From NCBI GenBank assembly GCA_016930515.1, contig JAFGGO010000043.1:1-31875 (forward strand): a stretch of DNA of 31,875 bases, given 5' to 3'. Both the position numbers and the translations under genes were made by a program. Under the pieces are notes generated by a model that did not search any database, was not told the DNA's origin, and worked only from the letters and a program-made list of their open reading frames with translations. The stretch comes from Promethearchaeota archaeon. GTDB taxonomy: Archaea > Asgardarchaeota > Lokiarchaeia > Sigyniarchaeales > SOKP01. Positions 18,150 through 26,948 of this stretch are shown here, in pieces; positions within the stretch are counted from its first letter, which is position 1, and each line of letters starts with the position of its first letter.

Positions 18150-19277
18150 ATGTCCGACACACATTTTAATAAAGATAAAGGGTCTCCAATTAAGCTTTTT
18201 ACACCTGGTCCTGTAAAAGTTCCTGAAAGAGTATTAGATGCTTTAAAATTACCAAACGATACACATCGATCTACATTTTATCGAGAATTGCACCAAGAAG
18301 TAAAAGAAGGACTTCAAAAATTGCTCTATACAAAGAACGAATGCCTCATATTTCCATCGAGTGCAACCGGAGTAATGGAAGGCTGCATAAGAAATCTCTT
18401 GGATGAAAACGAAAAGGGGTTGTTCTTATCCATCGGGGCTTTTGGTGATAGGTGGTACTCTGCAGGCGTTGATAATGGTAAGAATTGCGTTAAAGAAGGA
18501 GTGGAATGGGGAAAGGCAATTACACCAGAATTCCTTCAAGATGTATTATCAAAAGACAAATATTCTGTAGTATTTTTGCAATCTTGCGAAACTTCAACGG
18601 GAGTTTACAATCCAATTGACGAATTAGTACCAATAATCAAGGATTACGGTGCTCTTGCGTGCGTGGATGGAACATCTTCTATGGCAGGAATAAAAGCAGA
18701 AGTTGATAAGATAGGCATAGATGTGTTTTTAGCTTCGGTTCAAAAATGTTTTGCATTGCCTCCAGGTATTGCTGTAGCGTCTATTTCAGAAGAGGCGTTA
18801 GCAAAAGCAACAAACATCAAGAATAGAGGAATGTATTTTGATTTCATTACTTTAGTAAAGAAAAATAAAGTAAACGAGTGTCCAAACACCCCAGCAATCC
18901 CCCAGATCAGGGGTTTAGCAATACAATTAGACTATTTCTTGAATCAAGAAGGTCTTGAGAACAGATTTAATCGACACGCCCAGCTTGGTAAGCGAACGAG
19001 GATATGGGCTAGAGACATGAATTTAGAAATGTTTCCCGAAAAAGGATACGAGTCCGATACGGTATCAACAATGAATAATTCGTTAAATATTGATATGGCG
19101 AAAGCGGTCAAAACAATGCTCGAAAAGGGATATAGAATCGTCAATGGATACGGAGATTTAGTGAATAAAACCTTTAGAATAGGACACATGGGAGAAATAA
19201 CCATTCAAGAACTTGAAGAAATGCTAAAAATATTATCAGATGTTATCACGAGAGTAAGATTAGACCAAGACAAATAA
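18150..19277 (+). CDS. Class V PLP aminotransferase (serine-pyruvate / alanine-glyoxylate type)
   Basis: TPGP, SSATGVMEG, ETSTGV, VDGTSS, SVQKCFALPPG (PLP lysine) and FRIGHMG. Confidence 0.9.
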   Translation: MSDTHFNKDKGSPIKLFTPGPVKVPERVLDALKLPNDTHRSTFYRELHQEVKEGLQKLLYTKNECLIFPSSATGVMEGCIRNLLDENEKGLFLSIGAFGDRWYSAGVDNGKNCVKEGVEWGKAITPEFLQDVLSKDKYSVVFLQSCETSTGVYNPIDELVPIIKDYGALACVDGTSSMAGIKAEVDKIGIDVFLASVQKCFALPPGIAVASISEEALAKATNIKNRGMYFDFITLVKKNKVNECPNTPAIPQIRGLAIQLDYFLNQEGLENRFNRHAQLGKRTRIWARDMNLEMFPEKGYESDTVSTMNNSLNIDMAKAVKTMLEKGYRIVNGYGDLVNKTFRIGHMGEITIQELEEMLKILSDVITRVRLDQDK

Positions 19278-19299
19278 TTTTTTTTATTATTTTCCTTTT

Positions 19300-19611
19300 T
19301 TACAAATAGATAAGAACGATCCATAAAATATTAAAGATTATCATCAATACGATAAGATATTTTGTAAATGGATTAAATGTGAGATTTTTTATTGATTGAG
19401 TAATTTCTCTAGAAGTCCTTTTTTTTGCAAATTCGGTAAATGGATAATCGTGGCAACTTGTTATATTTTTCAAATGAATTGAACCTAAAAAACGGGGTTG
19501 AAAAAACATTTTAAACGAATTATCCAGTTCTCTTGAAAAAGATAAAGATATTTTTTCGATATTATTAAAAGCAATTTTCTTCCTTCCAATAATTTCTTGC
19601 TTACGAGACAT
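19300..19611 (-). CDS. Hypothetical small protein with a C-terminal TM anchor
   Basis: ATG-initiated 103-aa ORF filling the gap; ends YLIVLMIIFNILWIVLIYL-stop. Confidence 0.6.
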   Translation of the reverse strand: MSRKQEIIGRKKIAFNNIEKISLSFSRELDNSFKMFFQPRFLGSIHLKNITSCHDYPFTEFAKKRTSREITQSIKNLTFNPFTKYLIVLMIIFNILWIVLIYL

Positions 19612-19699
19612 TAATATTTCACAATGGAAAATTATAATTACATAGAAGCGTCCTTCGACTTAAAAATTTTGTCTTAAAAAGTAGTTCATATTAAAAACA

Positions 19700-20110
19700 T
19701 TACCAAAAAGCCTTCTGAAATTTTTTAATGGTATTTTCTAACGAATCGTCGATATATGTTTCAAACCCATTGAAGATGCTCACATCGTTATTCCATTCTT
19801 TCAAATCTTTAGAAAATTTTTCAAAAAATTTGTCTATCACGATTTCAAGCTCTTCGTATACTTTTTTCTCTTTAATTTTTGGAGAAGAACTAACGACGAA
19901 TATGAACTTGTTTTTTTTAGCCAGACTAAAACGCTTGTTGCTTAATTCGAAATTAGATAGACCACCAGAAGCAATTTCTTCGGCAAACGAGTTCAAGGCG
20001 CTCATTAACATTGCGAACAATTGATCGTTGAGTTTTTCGTCTTGAATACGCGAGAACACCGCAACCCCGTTTTCGGTGAGTATCCATAGATCTTGAATGA
20101 CTTTAACCAT
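19700..20110 (-). CDS. Longin/roadblock-like small protein
   Basis: beta-beta (LWILTENGVAVFSR), alpha (QLFAMLMSALNSFAEEI), beta-beta-beta, alpha-alpha pattern of the longin/profilin-like fold; recognised by eye, not by HMM. Confidence 0.65.
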   Translation of the reverse strand: MVKVIQDLWILTENGVAVFSRIQDEKLNDQLFAMLMSALNSFAEEIASGGLSNFELSNKRFSLAKKNKFIFVVSSSPKIKEKKVYEELEIVIDKFFEKFSKDLKEWNNDVSIFNGFETYIDDSLENTIKKFQKAFW

Positions 20111-20433
20111 TTATGATCAAATCAATTTTAGGTAATTTTCATAATTAAATTCAATATTTTTTAGTACTCGTATTTTTTATCTAACGTAATATTATATAAT
20201 GATTATCATAATTAAACTTTTAGAGACCTAAAGAATACAACGACTCCGCTTAATTATTAGCGTCCTTGAATTGTATTTTAAAAGCCAAGATTATTGAACA
20301 TAAAATTTCTACTGACAAGTTATCTTTTCAGAGGAATTATTTATATTATAGAGGGTTATCTGATCATAAAGTTGAAATAATTTTTATAGAAGGCTTTTTT
20401 TCCAGAAATATAAAAGAACATCAGAATAGAAAC

Positions 20434-22167
20434 ATGTGTTATAAAACGATTTCAAGCGAGTTAAAGCAAGAATTAAGGAAAATAGTCGGAGATCAATATT
20501 ATTTTGACGAGATTGAAATACGATGGGCTTACGCTTCCGGAACTTCCGTTTTTAACAAGGATTGGATGCCTGAACTTGTTCTCATTCCTCAAAATACAAA
20601 TCAAATATCTCTTATCCTTCAAATGGCTAACGATCATTGCATTCCAATAACTCCCCGGGGAAGTGGAACCAATTTATCGGCGGAAACAATGACACCTTTC
20701 AAGGGAATAGTTCTGGATTTAAGTCAAATGAACAAAATCACTTCCTTGAGTCTTGAAGATAACATTGTTGTAGTGGAACCTGGCGTCGTATGCGACGATT
20801 TAAACGCCATACTAAAAAATAAAGGCTATTTTTTCCCCCCAGATCCAGGTTCAAGCGCAGTTGCGACTATTGGGGGGTTGGTGGCGAATAATGCTGGAGG
20901 AGTACAAGCATATAAGTACGGTGTGACGAAAAATTACGTGTTGTTCCTTGAGGTTGTTTTAACTAACGGGGATGTCGTTACTTTTGGATCTCAGACGCTT
21001 AAATCGGTATCTTCTTATAATATCCTCGATTTATTTGTGGGCTCTGAAGGAACTTTAGGAGTAATAACTCGGATCGGACTCAGGATTAGACCCTTGCCAA
21101 AATATAGAAAGTTAGGACTATTCTTATTTAAAACGCCTGAAAATGTTGCAAAAACGGTTATTAAACTGCGAAAAAAGGCCATTCTTCCAAATTTATTAGA
21201 GTTCTTGGACGAATTTGTTGTAAACGCAATTAATATCCATTTAGGAAGGGATTTAGGTGAAATTCCGTCAGGACACGCGTTAATAGCAGAGATGGACGGA
21301 AATAGCAAACACGCTGTTGAAGAAGATTTTCAATCATTATTAGCTATTATCTTAGAACAAGAACCAATCTACTATAAAATTGCCGAATCAGAAGAGGAAA
21401 GAGAAAGAATCGTAAAAATTAGAAAGTCAAGCCTTCCTGCTTTATCTCGAATCTCTCCGTCATGTTGTGTCGAAGATTGTTCCATTAAGATCACGGATTT
21501 CGTTTCGGTTGTAAAGAGTATTTGGGCAATTCCAAGTAATATTAACGCTAAATATTTAAAAGTCTGCGTGGCTGGCCACATGGAGGGAAACCTTCACCCA
21601 AGGTTTTTATTTAACGAAAACGACGAAAAACAACTCAATGAATTTGAAAAGGCAATAGAATTTCTATATACGAAAATTATATTACCTAAAGGAGGTTCTC
21701 TAACTGGAGAACATGGAATTGGTAAAATAAAGACACCTTTCCTTGAAATCGAACATGGTACTGAAATAATACAGCTAATGAATCGTATTAAAAAACTCTT
21801 TGATCCCAAACGCATCCTTAACCCAGGATCGGGTAAAGGAAGTAAAAGCAAATTATTACTTTCTAGATCCCCGAGAAAGTTGAAGTTTTTAAAAAATTCG
21901 GTTTTGGAATTAAACTGCATGAGATGTGGTCTCTGCACATCCAAATGTCCTTCAAGAATAATTAAAAAAACCGAAGCACACAGTCCAAGAGGAAGGCTCA
22001 GTATTCTTAATGGGTTGGTTCATGGTGAATTGGTTTTAAGCGAATTAATCGCTGAAATATTACACGAATGCATGTTATGTGGCCTTTGCGTTATTAATTG
22101 TCCTGCTGGGGTAGACACGATTCAAATTTTTGAAAAAGCTAGAGAAATAATACATAAAAAAATATAA
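20434..22167 (+). CDS. FAD-linked oxidoreductase (GlcD / D-lactate dehydrogenase family) fused to a C-terminal 2x[4Fe-4S] domain (likely start ATG 20434)
   Basis: PRGSGT, FPPDPGS, TIGG-x-VANNAGG, GSEGTLGVIT, GNLH and GEHGIG; C-terminal CMRCGLCTSKCP and CMLCGLCVINCP. Confidence 0.88.
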   Translation: MCYKTISSELKQELRKIVGDQYYFDEIEIRWAYASGTSVFNKDWMPELVLIPQNTNQISLILQMANDHCIPITPRGSGTNLSAETMTPFKGIVLDLSQMNKITSLSLEDNIVVVEPGVVCDDLNAILKNKGYFFPPDPGSSAVATIGGLVANNAGGVQAYKYGVTKNYVLFLEVVLTNGDVVTFGSQTLKSVSSYNILDLFVGSEGTLGVITRIGLRIRPLPKYRKLGLFLFKTPENVAKTVIKLRKKAILPNLLEFLDEFVVNAINIHLGRDLGEIPSGHALIAEMDGNSKHAVEEDFQSLLAIILEQEPIYYKIAESEEERERIVKIRKSSLPALSRISPSCCVEDCSIKITDFVSVVKSIWAIPSNINAKYLKVCVAGHMEGNLHPRFLFNENDEKQLNEFEKAIEFLYTKIILPKGGSLTGEHGIGKIKTPFLEIEHGTEIIQLMNRIKKLFDPKRILNPGSGKGSKSKLLLSRSPRKLKFLKNSVLELNCMRCGLCTSKCPSRIIKKTEAHSPRGRLSILNGLVHGELVLSELIAEILHECMLCGLCVINCPAGVDTIQIFEKAREIIHKKI

Positions 22168-22295
22168 GAAGTGATTTTTCTTTTTGATATTTTAAAGTTG
22201 TAATAATTTTAAAGTCAAAAATTTTTATCCCACTTTTTTCCCATTTTTGTTATGTTACGGAGCGGAATTTCAATTTGAAGACATTTACATTTAAA

Positions 22296-22456
22296 TACTA
22301 GGGTGATTTATTTATTTATTAAAGAAATTGTTAATATAAAAAAAAAATCGATAAAATAATTGACGAATTATGACAACACGATTGTAGCAAAACGCCAAAA
22401 AAATTATCGATTCCGATCACGCGCTTTTTGTTATTAACAATGACAAACCCCTAGTA
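22296..22456. repeat. Nested inverted repeats upstream of tfb
   Basis: TACTAGGG (22296-22303) / CCCTAGTA (22449-22456); ATTGTTAATA (22327-22336) / TATTAACAAT (22432-22441); AATCGATAA (22346-22354) / TTATCGATT (22404-22412). Confidence 0.65.
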
Positions 22457-22489
22457 AACAATTACATCAAAGAAAAAGGAAGGAAAACG

Positions 22490-23407
22490 ATGTCGTACAA
22501 TTATAAGGATAGACTTCGAGTAAAAAACAGTTCGCCAGAAGACACTGATGTGTGTTGCGATAGTCCAAACATCGAATCAAGAGATGGAGACAATGTGTGC
22601 TTGAATTGTGGCATGATTATAGGAAGAAATCTCGTAGGAAATGAACGAAGAGCCTACACAGTCGAGGAAGTAAACAAGAGAAGGAGAACGGAACCTCGAT
22701 GGAGAGAATTCGGACCTAGAACCATGCTACCAAACAGTAAGATTGACTCTAAGGGCAGGTTGATAGGTGCCAAGGGCAAGACCTTGTTCTCGAGATTGTC
22801 GAAGATCCAAAATTCTTTAATTTCCAGCATAGAACGAAATTTCTGGGAAGCAAAACCAAAATTGAAAATGCTCACGTCCAAGATGAACATACCCGAATAC
22901 ATCAAGGAAACGGCTTGGAAGATTTATTCGGTTGTAGCAAAAAAGAAACTCACCATGGGACGTTCAATTGACGGATTTATAGCCGCTTCTCTCTACGCTG
23001 CGATAAGAGTGCACGAGTTTCCAAGGCTTTTAGAAGAAGTATGTGAAGCTTCCATGACCCCCAGAAGAACTGTTCATAGGAGCTTAGGAATGGTTGTAAA
23101 GGAAGTGTTACCCGAACTCAAGTTGAAATACAAGCCCATTACCGCTGAACAATTAGTATTTCGATTCGGAAACGACCTTAGCTTACCAATGGAAACCCAA
23201 AGGATGGCAATCAACATGTTAGTACAAGCTAGCAAAAATGGCTTATTAAGAACCGGAAAGGACCCAAAAGGATTAGCAGCTTCGGTAATTTACATGGCCG
23301 CTAAAGCAAGCAATTGTCGCAAGACTCAAGCAGAAGTGTCGGAAGTTGCTAAAGTAACTGAAGTCACGCTTAGAAGTCGTAGCAAGCAAATAAAAAACAA
23401 GTTGTAA
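22490..23407 (+). CDS. tfb: Transcription initiation factor IIB (TFB)
   Basis: N-terminal Zn ribbon (CC...VCLNCG), B-reader-like ERRAY...RRRT, and two cyclin repeats (GRSIDGFIAASLYAAIR; GKDPKGLAASVIYMA; TQAEVSEVAKVTEVTLR). Confidence 0.95.
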   Translation: MSYNYKDRLRVKNSSPEDTDVCCDSPNIESRDGDNVCLNCGMIIGRNLVGNERRAYTVEEVNKRRRTEPRWREFGPRTMLPNSKIDSKGRLIGAKGKTLFSRLSKIQNSLISSIERNFWEAKPKLKMLTSKMNIPEYIKETAWKIYSVVAKKKLTMGRSIDGFIAASLYAAIRVHEFPRLLEEVCEASMTPRRTVHRSLGMVVKEVLPELKLKYKPITAEQLVFRFGNDLSLPMETQRMAINMLVQASKNGLLRTGKDPKGLAASVIYMAAKASNCRKTQAEVSEVAKVTEVTLRSRSKQIKNKL

Positions 23408-23470
23408 GACCTCAACTCAAAAAAGGTCTAAAGCCTCGGCTTACTTTTTATTTATTATATTTATCTTTTT
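23407..23470 (+). terminator. Candidate tfb terminator: two small hairpins followed by T-rich tracts
   Basis: AGACCT (23407-23412) / AGGTCT (23424-23429); AAGC-CTCG-GCTT (23431-23442); then ACTTTTTATTT. Confidence 0.4.
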
Positions 23471-23541
23471 CTCTCTTATTTTTCAAATCAATAAATTTTC
23501 AGGGTATATCAATATAAAAAAGATATTTTTTTTATAATCTC

Positions 23542-23766
23542 ATGATAGACAAACTTGAAAAAAATCAATACACTCCATATTGCGAATTATGTATGAAAGA
23601 AATAAATCAAAAAGAATTACACTCTACTTTACAAATCACTTTAGGATACATGAAAGAAGACAGATTTATTTCTAAAAGTTACCCAAAACATTATCATATA
23701 ACTTGTTTAGAGAATTTCGATAAATTTAGAACGAAAAAATTAGTAATAAAATGTGAAGGCATGTAA
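23542..23766 (+). CDS. Small putative Zn-finger protein (CxxC...HxxC)
   Basis: CELC and YHITC, a treble-clef-like ligand spacing. Confidence 0.6.
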   Translation: MIDKLEKNQYTPYCELCMKEINQKELHSTLQITLGYMKEDRFISKSYPKHYHITCLENFDKFRTKKLVIKCEGM

Positions 23767-23799
23767 AATCACTTTTTTTTTAAAAAAGGCTCTTTTATA

Positions 23800-24039
23800 T
23801 TATTTTATGGTTTCTATGGTTTTTATAATTCCACCAGTTTTAGACTTTTTTTTTTCTAATTCCGTATAAGATACTCTTAAAAGACTGTCTACATAAAAAG
23901 TCGAGACCTTATTGCATTCATCGTTTTTATGATATAAATAAAAGGGTGCAGGATAAAGACTAGTATCAATGTCCTCTAATTCAATTTTAAAGACGATCTG
24001 TTTATTGCAATGTGGACAATAATTATACCGAGTTGGCAT
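23800..24039 (-). CDS. Small putative Zn-binding protein (CPHC...H...C...FYVD)
   Basis: CPHC followed by HKNDECNKVSTFYVDSLLRV. Confidence 0.65.
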   Translation of the reverse strand: MPTRYNYCPHCNKQIVFKIELEDIDTSLYPAPFYLYHKNDECNKVSTFYVDSLLRVSYTELEKKKSKTGGIIKTIETIK

Positions 24040-24167
24040 TTTTTATCAGCTTGATCAAAAATGAAAAATGATACTAGGGTAACGATGTAATTTTTATAAA
24101 AATTTGTTTTTTTTTAAAATCATATTATCCAGAAGATACGGACAATATCAATAAATTTTCGCTCTCT

Positions 24168-24971
24168 ATGGTTTTTAGAGTATTATGCTCTATTATGAAT
24201 TACTCTAAAAATCATAATTTATCCATTTCTATCATGAAGTCTTATGCTTATAATAAAGATTTTAATTTATTTAAAAAAGAAAAACCAGATTTTTCACTAC
24301 ATTCAATTAATTATCAAAAAATCCCCCCTATTATAGGAATAATTACGGCCGATCAGCATGGTAATACAATTTTTATAATCGAACATTCTCGAGACATCAA
24401 GGACAAGTACGGACCAATCATATCTTATCTGAAAGAAGACGACAAGAGTCTAATGGAACTCGATTTGATTTCCATGTACTTTAGTTCATTTAAGAGTTTT
24501 GCAGGACAAACAAACATCAAAAACTTATCTCATCTTGAAATACACGGATCAAACATTAAAGTTCAAATATATTTTCTATTTGAAAGGTACATGGTAATCA
24601 CATTCCTTAACGCAAGTACGCAATTAAATCCATTGGAGAGAACGACAATCACGGATTATTTCACGAATAAATTCTTAAAATTTGAGGAAGCTTTCGTGAA
24701 TTTTAACAATCCACAATCAAGAAAGATACTTAAGATGCTAGAAGTACGCGGAAGGAGTTGGTTAAAAAAAATAAACAAGGAATACATTCAAAGAGAAAGT
24801 AAGGCCTATTTTAAGAGAGATGAACTAATAGGCTCCTTGGTAGAGCAAATTAGTCCAATAATTGAAGAGGAGTTGAATGAGTATTTGGAAAAAGTTCCAG
24901 AGGAGTTAATTATAAATTTATTAAAAGAAATAAAAAACAAGATTCACGATAAATTATTCAAATTAAAGTAA
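24168..24971 (+). CDS. Hypothetical protein with a roadblock/longin-like core and a helical C-terminus (true start uncertain)
   Basis: IIGIITADQHGNTIF strand pair, LISMYFSSFKSFAGQ helix, then a run of strands. Confidence 0.55.
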   Translation: MVFRVLCSIMNYSKNHNLSISIMKSYAYNKDFNLFKKEKPDFSLHSINYQKIPPIIGIITADQHGNTIFIIEHSRDIKDKYGPIISYLKEDDKSLMELDLISMYFSSFKSFAGQTNIKNLSHLEIHGSNIKVQIYFLFERYMVITFLNASTQLNPLERTTITDYFTNKFLKFEEAFVNFNNPQSRKILKMLEVRGRSWLKKINKEYIQRESKAYFKRDELIGSLVEQISPIIEEELNEYLEKVPEELIINLLKEIKNKIHDKLFKLK

Positions 24972-24993
24972 TTTAAAGACTATAATTGTTAAC

Positions 24994-25167
24994 CTATAGC
25001 TTCTCGTTATTTAAAAGCAAGTTTATAGTGGTATATTTTGAAGATATTCCCTTTTTATGGTTTTCTTCTTCAATTTTCAAGCAATCTGGACACACGGCAA
25101 TTTCTAAACTATTTTTAAATCGTTTTCCACATTCTAAACATAGATAATACGACATTGATGCTATCAT
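24994..25167 (-). CDS. 57-aa C4 zinc-finger microprotein absent from the supplied ORF track
   Basis: Manual translation: MIASMSYYLCLECGKRFKNSLEIAVCPDCLKIEEENHKKGISSKYTTINLLLNNEKL-TAG; two CxxC motifs. Confidence 0.7.
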   Translation of the reverse strand: MIASMSYYLCLECGKRFKNSLEIAVCPDCLKIEEENHKKGISSKYTTINLLLNNEKL

Positions 25168-25353
25168 TTGATTAAAACTTCAAGTTACTTTCTATAAATT
25201 ATTTGAATAAAGAACCATAGGCATTAAAACGAGTGCTGTCTCATAAATTTCTAATTTATAAAATTGTACAATAATGACAAAAGCACCTAAAGACTTATAT
25301 AGAGAGTTGTTTAAAGATCAACTACTCACAAACTTAATTTAACTCGTAATATC

Positions 25354-26079
25354 ATGGACTTCGAAGTAATATTTTCTGGAATATCGAGCATCATCATAGT
25401 ATGCTTGTTTGCAATAATTGGTATTAAAATAGCGTTCGTGTACAAGAAAACGAAAGTTAGAGCGTATATTTTTGTCGGGATTTTGTTAATCCTCATCGCC
25501 GAATCGTGGTATCCCAGTTCTATTTCCTTTATAATTGCTTTTTTTAACGAAGGACAAGGATTGATAAATTATCCACAGGCTTACATCGTTATAGGAATCT
25601 CGTTACTTCCGTTGGGATTGTTTTTTTGGATGCTTGCAATGACCGATTTGATGTATACCGAAAATCAAAAAGTAATACTTGTGATTACATTTATTATAGA
25701 ACTTGTATTAGAAATTTGGTTTTTCTACGGACTTTTCTTTGATATGAGCTTGATTGGAAGAAGAGGCGATTCAATCGTTGACGGAAATTACGGCCTCGTA
25801 TCGCTAATCATACAAATAGTTAACTTGCTATTCTTTCTACTCACGGCAGCACAATTTGGTTTCTTTTCAAGAAAATCTGATAATCCTGAAACGAAATTGA
25901 AAGGAACTTTTTTCCTGCTCGGTGTACTATGTTTAGGAGTAGGATCTGTATTTGATATTTTAAGCCCAGGGAGAATCTTATTTCTTATTATTGGAAGAGG
26001 GATTTTAGTAATAAGCGCAATAATGTTCTACCTTGGATTTATCCTACCAAATACAATAAAGAAAATGTTTATAAAATAA
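25354..26079 (+). CDS. Polytopic membrane protein (about 7 TM helices), function unknown
   Basis: About seven hydrophobic segments with short loops and no soluble catalytic domain. Confidence 0.7.
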   Translation: MDFEVIFSGISSIIIVCLFAIIGIKIAFVYKKTKVRAYIFVGILLILIAESWYPSSISFIIAFFNEGQGLINYPQAYIVIGISLLPLGLFFWMLAMTDLMYTENQKVILVITFIIELVLEIWFFYGLFFDMSLIGRRGDSIVDGNYGLVSLIIQIVNLLFFLLTAAQFGFFSRKSDNPETKLKGTFFLLGVLCLGVGSVFDILSPGRILFLIIGRGILVISAIMFYLGFILPNTIKKMFIK

Positions 26080-26193
26080 TCTTTTTTTTCTTTTTTCTTT
26101 TTATCCATATTTATCGTTGTAAACTATGAATTACCCTTAATAATTTAAATGATACTTTTTATTAGTTGTATATAAGCATTTTTCAAACAAACA

Positions 26194-26937
26194 ATGTCCT
26201 ACATTGAAAAAAAATATTATCAAAAAATCATCGATATTTTTAATATTCTGACCGATTTGGATAAAGAAACCTATTCCTTATTAAAAGAAAAATCCATTCG
26301 ATTAGTGGACGAGTTTGCACGCCTCTGTGCCGCAATTAACAGGCAAGTAAATCTAATTTTAAAAAATTATTACCCTGAAATAAAGGAAATGACAAGAAAA
26401 CTCGAAATCAAGTCTAAATTAAAGTTTTACTTCAATCTCATAGATAAATTAACTGATTTAATCAGACATGTGGAAAACTTTGAGAAGATAGACGATAAAT
26501 ACTTCGAGGAATTTGCAGAATTTCTCTTAGACAAGGATGAACTCGTTTTTGGAAAATATACGGAAATTTGCAGGCAGGAATTGACAGCTTTCTACAATCA
26601 AAAGTCTCGAGATGCGTTAGAGGCCATCCTCAGTCAAACACTCGACTCAAACAACCGAAATTATTTTACAATGGGACCACTGGAGGAAGAGATAAAAAAA
26701 ATAGCAAAAATTGAGGGTGCTAGAGAAATATATATAAACTTACCAACTTATGACATATTAGAATTCTGCGAAAATGCTCAATCAATTATCGAAATTTCGG
26801 TATGGCCTAACGACGATCTGGCTAAAAAAAAGCAAATAATGGATAAGATCGTTGATTTTTTGAGATCAAAGAAGTATTTCGTAAATGTTATCGATGAATT
26901 AATAGTAACTGACGCAAGACTTCTATCTGATCCATAA
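26194..26937 (+). CDS. Hypothetical soluble, mostly helical protein
   Basis: 247-aa ATG-initiated ORF with no motif recognised. Confidence 0.65.
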   Translation: MSYIEKKYYQKIIDIFNILTDLDKETYSLLKEKSIRLVDEFARLCAAINRQVNLILKNYYPEIKEMTRKLEIKSKLKFYFNLIDKLTDLIRHVENFEKIDDKYFEEFAEFLLDKDELVFGKYTEICRQELTAFYNQKSRDALEAILSQTLDSNNRNYFTMGPLEEEIKKIAKIEGAREIYINLPTYDILEFCENAQSIIEISVWPNDDLAKKKQIMDKIVDFLRSKKYFVNVIDELIVTDARLLSDP

Positions 26938-26948
26938 AAGTCGGTTTA

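Noticed and set aside
20266-20433. N-terminal extension of the FAD oxidoreductase given in the ORF track
   Set aside because: TTG start and no family resemblance; ATG 20434 fits the GlcD domain start better
11184-22905. Numerous 60-123 aa ORFs overlapping DUF1512, AlkP, cysC, HAD, tyrS, Vps29-like, aminotransferase, longin-like, GlcD-like and tfb genes
   Set aside because: Antisense or alternative-frame shadows of longer motif-bearing genes
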